DNA from: Tubulanus polymorphus
Lineage: Eukaryota; Animalia; Nemertea
Assembly (NCBI RefSeq): GCF_964204645.1
Contig: NC_134025.1
Span: forward strand, 30,608,299-30,672,298
Direction of reading: 5' to 3'
DNA length: 64,000 bases
A model generated the notes under the pieces. The model did no database searches. It saw nothing but the letters and a program-made list of their open reading frames with translations, and had not been told where the DNA came from. Below are positions 45,663 through 64,000 of the stretch, piece after piece (the first letter of the stretch is position 1; every line of letters begins with the position of its first letter). The translations under genes and the position numbers were made by a program.

Positions 45663-47445
45663 TATCTGCATCCATTAGGACATCAACTATCTCGACCTCG
45701 TAATGATCATGTGGTACAAATCAATTGACCAACCCTCTATCTATGAACGTACTCGTCACAGGCGCCATCTAGAAATGCGAACCAACTCGACGTACGTGCC
45801 TCAAATATTCTGATCAAGTTGTCCTACTGTTATGTACGCCATCTGGTGGGATATCTGCTAACAACCCTTGAAGTTCTACTGTTCCCCTGAAGAAACAACT
45901 GTTAGACATCAATCATCATTTTACTCGCTTGAGTCGTCATAGTTGGTGACAATTGTTACCTTAACGAGTAATGTGATGAGTTACCCGATTCCTAACATGA
46001 TGAAATACAGTCAACCCCCCATTTACTACCACCCCCGCCTACCGCCAGGTTTTCTCAATGTACATCTCAATACAAATACATAATAAACCCCCCCCCCGAT
46101 ATACCGCCATACTCTCTATACCATCAAAGTCATTCTGCACCAAGTGGGCTGGCTGTATACTGGTCCCGAGTGTGCTACTTAGTGAAGATTAAATAAGAGA
46201 TACCCGTCTCACTCCACAGTCATAAGCTGTATTCGTAGGTGATGTTCATTAAGCCAGGATTTAAGTCAACTAGTGAAACAAATAGCAAATAGAAATTTCG
46301 ATGAAAGGCCTTTTGAATTAGTCACTCCCGCACTAGAATATTCTGCCAGTTATCTGGTCTTACTGTGGAACCTTTAAAATCAAATTTGAATCTATTAGAC
46401 TAAGTCTTAATTTTGTATCAAATCGATAATTTGATGTCAAGTTTTCCACACCGAGCTCGAAGCTTGCGCCATTTCATGTAAAATGCAGAGATTAAATAGG
46501 ATTATTGTGCCATACTAAAATAGCTCAATGAGTTTATGAGTCTATGGTTAGTCAGGGGTTGACCCAAGTATAAGTATTATACAATAGTTCGATCAGTAGC
46601 TGAATGCCTATCATCATTTGTCATCTGAAATCTTGGACAGATTTGGAAAATCTAGAGAGATTTTATAGTATATGTCTCGTAGTTTTATTCTTAGAACTCC
46701 GAGCAGTACCCGGTTCATGATTTCTTTTATACATGTTTTACTAATTTTACATTTTCAGCTATCTTTATAAACAAGACTGATTAACAAGTGCAAAACTAAT
46801 AAACCGGTGAATGAGACATGACATGTACCGGTAAAAACTTCCTGTCGGTCAGTAATAAAACCAATGGTCAATCTAACTGTTTAATATACCCTCAATGTAC
46901 CTTCACACCGTGGTCAATCCGTCGTGCCCTCGGTTACCCAGACAAACCCGAGTTCAAACAGATATCTATAAACAATGATAATACTAGAAATGGACACAAA
47001 AATGACAAATAGTCACTTTAAAGCCACAAGAGATGACACAATGCATTATAGTGAGTCTATATTCAGCAAATGATTTCGGTCAGAGAAAGCACAAAGTGAA
47101 ATTGTGTCATTAATGTAACTGTGTATGGACATTATTCTTCATTGAATGTGACATTTATAACGGGAGTTAATGAACATTGTGGTGTATTCCGATCTCCCAC
47201 TCTCTTGCCCTCCACTCTCCCACTCTCTCTCCCTCTCTCTTGCCCTCCACTCTCCCACTCTCTCCCTCCTCTATCTGCCCCCTATCCCATGTACAGGGAC
47301 AAAACATACCAACAATTAATGCCAATATTTAACCCGATAACTACAAACTACATCGGCAAACAATTTTTGGAGTTCCACTTTTAAGTGAAAAACATTGAAT
47401 AGAACACGAACATGTAATAAATAGACTACAGACAAACTCAATCAT

Positions 47446-47451
<6 letters not shown>

Positions 47452-47516
<65 letters not shown>
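47452..47516. repeat. (AT)n microsatellite
   Basis: Perfect dinucleotide run. Confidence 0.98.
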
Positions 47517-47519
<3 letters not shown>

Positions 47520-48165
47520 GTCATTTTGAAAGTCATCTCTGTTTTGGTGTTAAGTCCTCGGCATAATGACGGTCACAAATACAACAACTGAAGTGAGTCT
47601 GACTGCACTTAAACAAGAAAGTTCTTCTAGATCAGGAAAAACCAGGTTGAATAATGTGTGTTGATGATTCACGGGGAGATAAATTCCATGAATACATTTT
47701 ATAATATTTACAAGATGTTCACAGATAACTGTGTTCATCTCTACAAACATCCGAAACCTCAACTTGTACACCTGCGACTATAGTTAAGTGAATGTTTCAA
47801 ACTGACAAAGTAGTTTCCAAAGTCAATACATAATCTCTGAATTCTTTAGTCTTGAAATGATTTCATGACAACATAATTCTTTAGTCTTGAAATGATTTCA
47901 TGACTACATTACTTGTAAATCTGATGAATTCAATTTCAACTCAAACTATTTGATACTATATAAGTTCCATCATACAACAACTGGACTAACTTTCAAAATA
48001 AATTAATAGCCTACTTCTTATTTTCAATACGCTATGAGTCTTTGTCAGATTGACTATAAAACTAAGATTGTCTTGATTGGTCTTAAATCTAATCTAAGCC
48101 AGTACCATGGAACAGAGGAGGTCTACATGTGAATTCATTTTAGCAGGATTGAAGGCAATGAATAG

Positions 48166-62129
<13,964 letters not shown>

Positions 62130-62325
62130 CTGTTAGAGGTCAAACAACTGTAGGATGAACAACTGTCATCTAACAGATCTCTTAATTATTGAACAATACC
62201 TCACAGTAGATATCACACCATTCCAAATTATACCATCTCCATACATCATCAACTAGGAGGTCGCCCACCTCTATTGTCACTTAGACCAATAGGCCTATAT
62301 TTGCCTTGATGAAACTGATAATTGA

Positions 62326-62600
62326 AGATGGTAGACTAACTTGACCAGTAGTAAGATAGTTAACTAACTTGACCAGTAGTAAGATGGTTAAGTGACTTGA
62401 CCAGTAGTTAAGTGGTAAACTGACTAGACCAGTAGTTAGGTGGTAAACTGACTTGACCAGTAGTAAGATGGTAAACTGACTTGACTGGTAGTAAGATGGT
62501 TAACTGACTTGACCAGTAGTAAGATGGTTAACTGACTTGACCAGTAGTAAAGCGGTAAACTGACTTGACCAGTGGTAAGATGGTAAACTGACTCGACCAA
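62326..62600. repeat. 28-bp minisatellite, about 10 copies (aagatggtaaactgacttgaccagtagt)
   Basis: Visible tandem units. Confidence 0.9.
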
Positions 62601-64000
62601 TAATAAGACTGAATTCTACGAATATCTAACAATTTCCGTGTAAAGGTGAATATCATAGTATTGGAGAGGCATTGGTGATAAGTGGATTTACAGAGAAAAA
62701 CAATTATCTCTTCATTTCATACAGAACGGCTCATAACAGCTACAGACGTTACTGTACGTGACTGCGTGCGTTTAATGAACTAAATTAATTTTCAGGAATT
62801 TACACAAAACTCTGATTAAATCTACAGGACAGATTTCAGGATTCGGCTTCACAAAGCGTAATTAACCTGTAATTATATATAATCAAATAACTAATCATCA
62901 TTTAATTAATGTGATTTTGATCGAGGTCTAATTGTGATTTTAAAGTTCTCGAGGCTTAGTGAACTGGCCCGGGATCATTGAAATGAAGTATAGATGCCAT
63001 ATACCACACCTTTTACTGAACTGGTTTAATCAGCACGAGTTCCGGCTATGACGCAGTAGTTAAAGATTTTATTACCAATTAAGAAGTATTTGAAAGCAAA
63101 GTAAACGAAGAGAAGAGAGGCCACTAAATACAGCAGCAGCAGCGGCAGCGGCAGCGGCAGTGGCAGCAGCAGTGGCAGCAGCAGCGGCAGTAGAGCTCAG
63201 AGCTCTCATGCTCCGTTACAAATCAACAAATCAATGAATGAAATAAAACTACTTTCAACAACATCAAACCGCAATAAAACACCACAAATACATCGAGGAA
63301 CCAGCCACCCACGCCTGCTTGCCTGCCTGCCCCGCACTAACAGTCATAAAAAATACATCGATGTCTCTCGCTACCTAGATTCATCATCATCATACGCATT
63401 AATCTGATATTCGAGAATAAACAGTGATTAACTAAACATATAAACATCATGGTGTCACGTATTCATTGGATCATTTCATAATTCCCTAGAACCACAAGAA
63501 ACGTGTCTTCGGTTTTCCCCTCAGATCAATCTTCTATCAGTCAATTTTTATACAAACTTTTATTTACAAATCGAAAATTTTTGGCGAACATGTTTCCTCT
63601 CAAATCAGTTTTGACTTTGTATTAGTCGAGTCATGTAGACCACCAGGGGCCAAAGTCGGTTTTCGTATCTAGTCGACTAGTGGTCGCAACTAACAACCGA
63701 ATGTGCTTGATTTTCTAACTATTTCTGGAATATAGTTCCGACTAACGGACATTCGGTTTCGTTAAGTTCAACTATAGTCGACTAACTCAGATAACCGAAG
63801 GTGGCCAGGGCTGCCAACTCCTGTAATGTGCTATCGATATCAATTTGAACTTTTTTTCAGGAAAATTTTATTCAGTAAATGAAAGAAGTGTTCGAATTAA
63901 TCAGTAATCAACATAAAGACATTCAGAAACGCCTTTCACATTCAGTACGCATCAAACGCATGTAATCAGTATTTCTTAACATAAATAGAGTCACAAAACA

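Noticed and set aside
42201-47771. Short ORFs (60-92 aa) downstream of RSK
   Set aside because: They have no motifs and no consistent splice signals, and they overlap MITEs and probable 3' UTRs.
63644-63810. Possible hAT-like MITE with agtcgacta sub-terminal motifs
   Set aside because: The termini are too degenerate and I could not identify a TSD.

Overview
This is eukaryotic, AT-rich, gene-dense DNA from an invertebrate metazoan, with short GT-AG introns; it is not prokaryotic, and there is no CRISPR array. Spliced genes read by hand, left to right: the 3' end of an EF-hand protein (+), an Aa_trans-family amino acid transporter (+), a type II membrane cationic mucin with 10 fibronectin type II (FN2) domains (+), RMI1 (+), PPIL3 (-), a DPY19L3-like C-mannosyltransferase (+), CFAP161 (-) and p90 RSK (+). 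The seemingly empty right third (48-62 kb) contains phase-compatible minus-strand exons of an unidentified gene with three candidate alternative terminal exons. Nested antisense in one of its introns is a candidate secreted prepropeptide gene. The window also carries many minisatellites, microsatellites and MITEs. The most notable observations are the cationic mucin-FN2x10 architecture, the duplicated alternative first coding exons of DPY19L3, the nested precursor and alternative C-terminus locus, a minisatellite that has amplified a splice donor, and a duplicated CRE plus B-box module in the CFAP161/RSK bidirectional promoter. All gene identities come from recalled family motifs, not from database searches.
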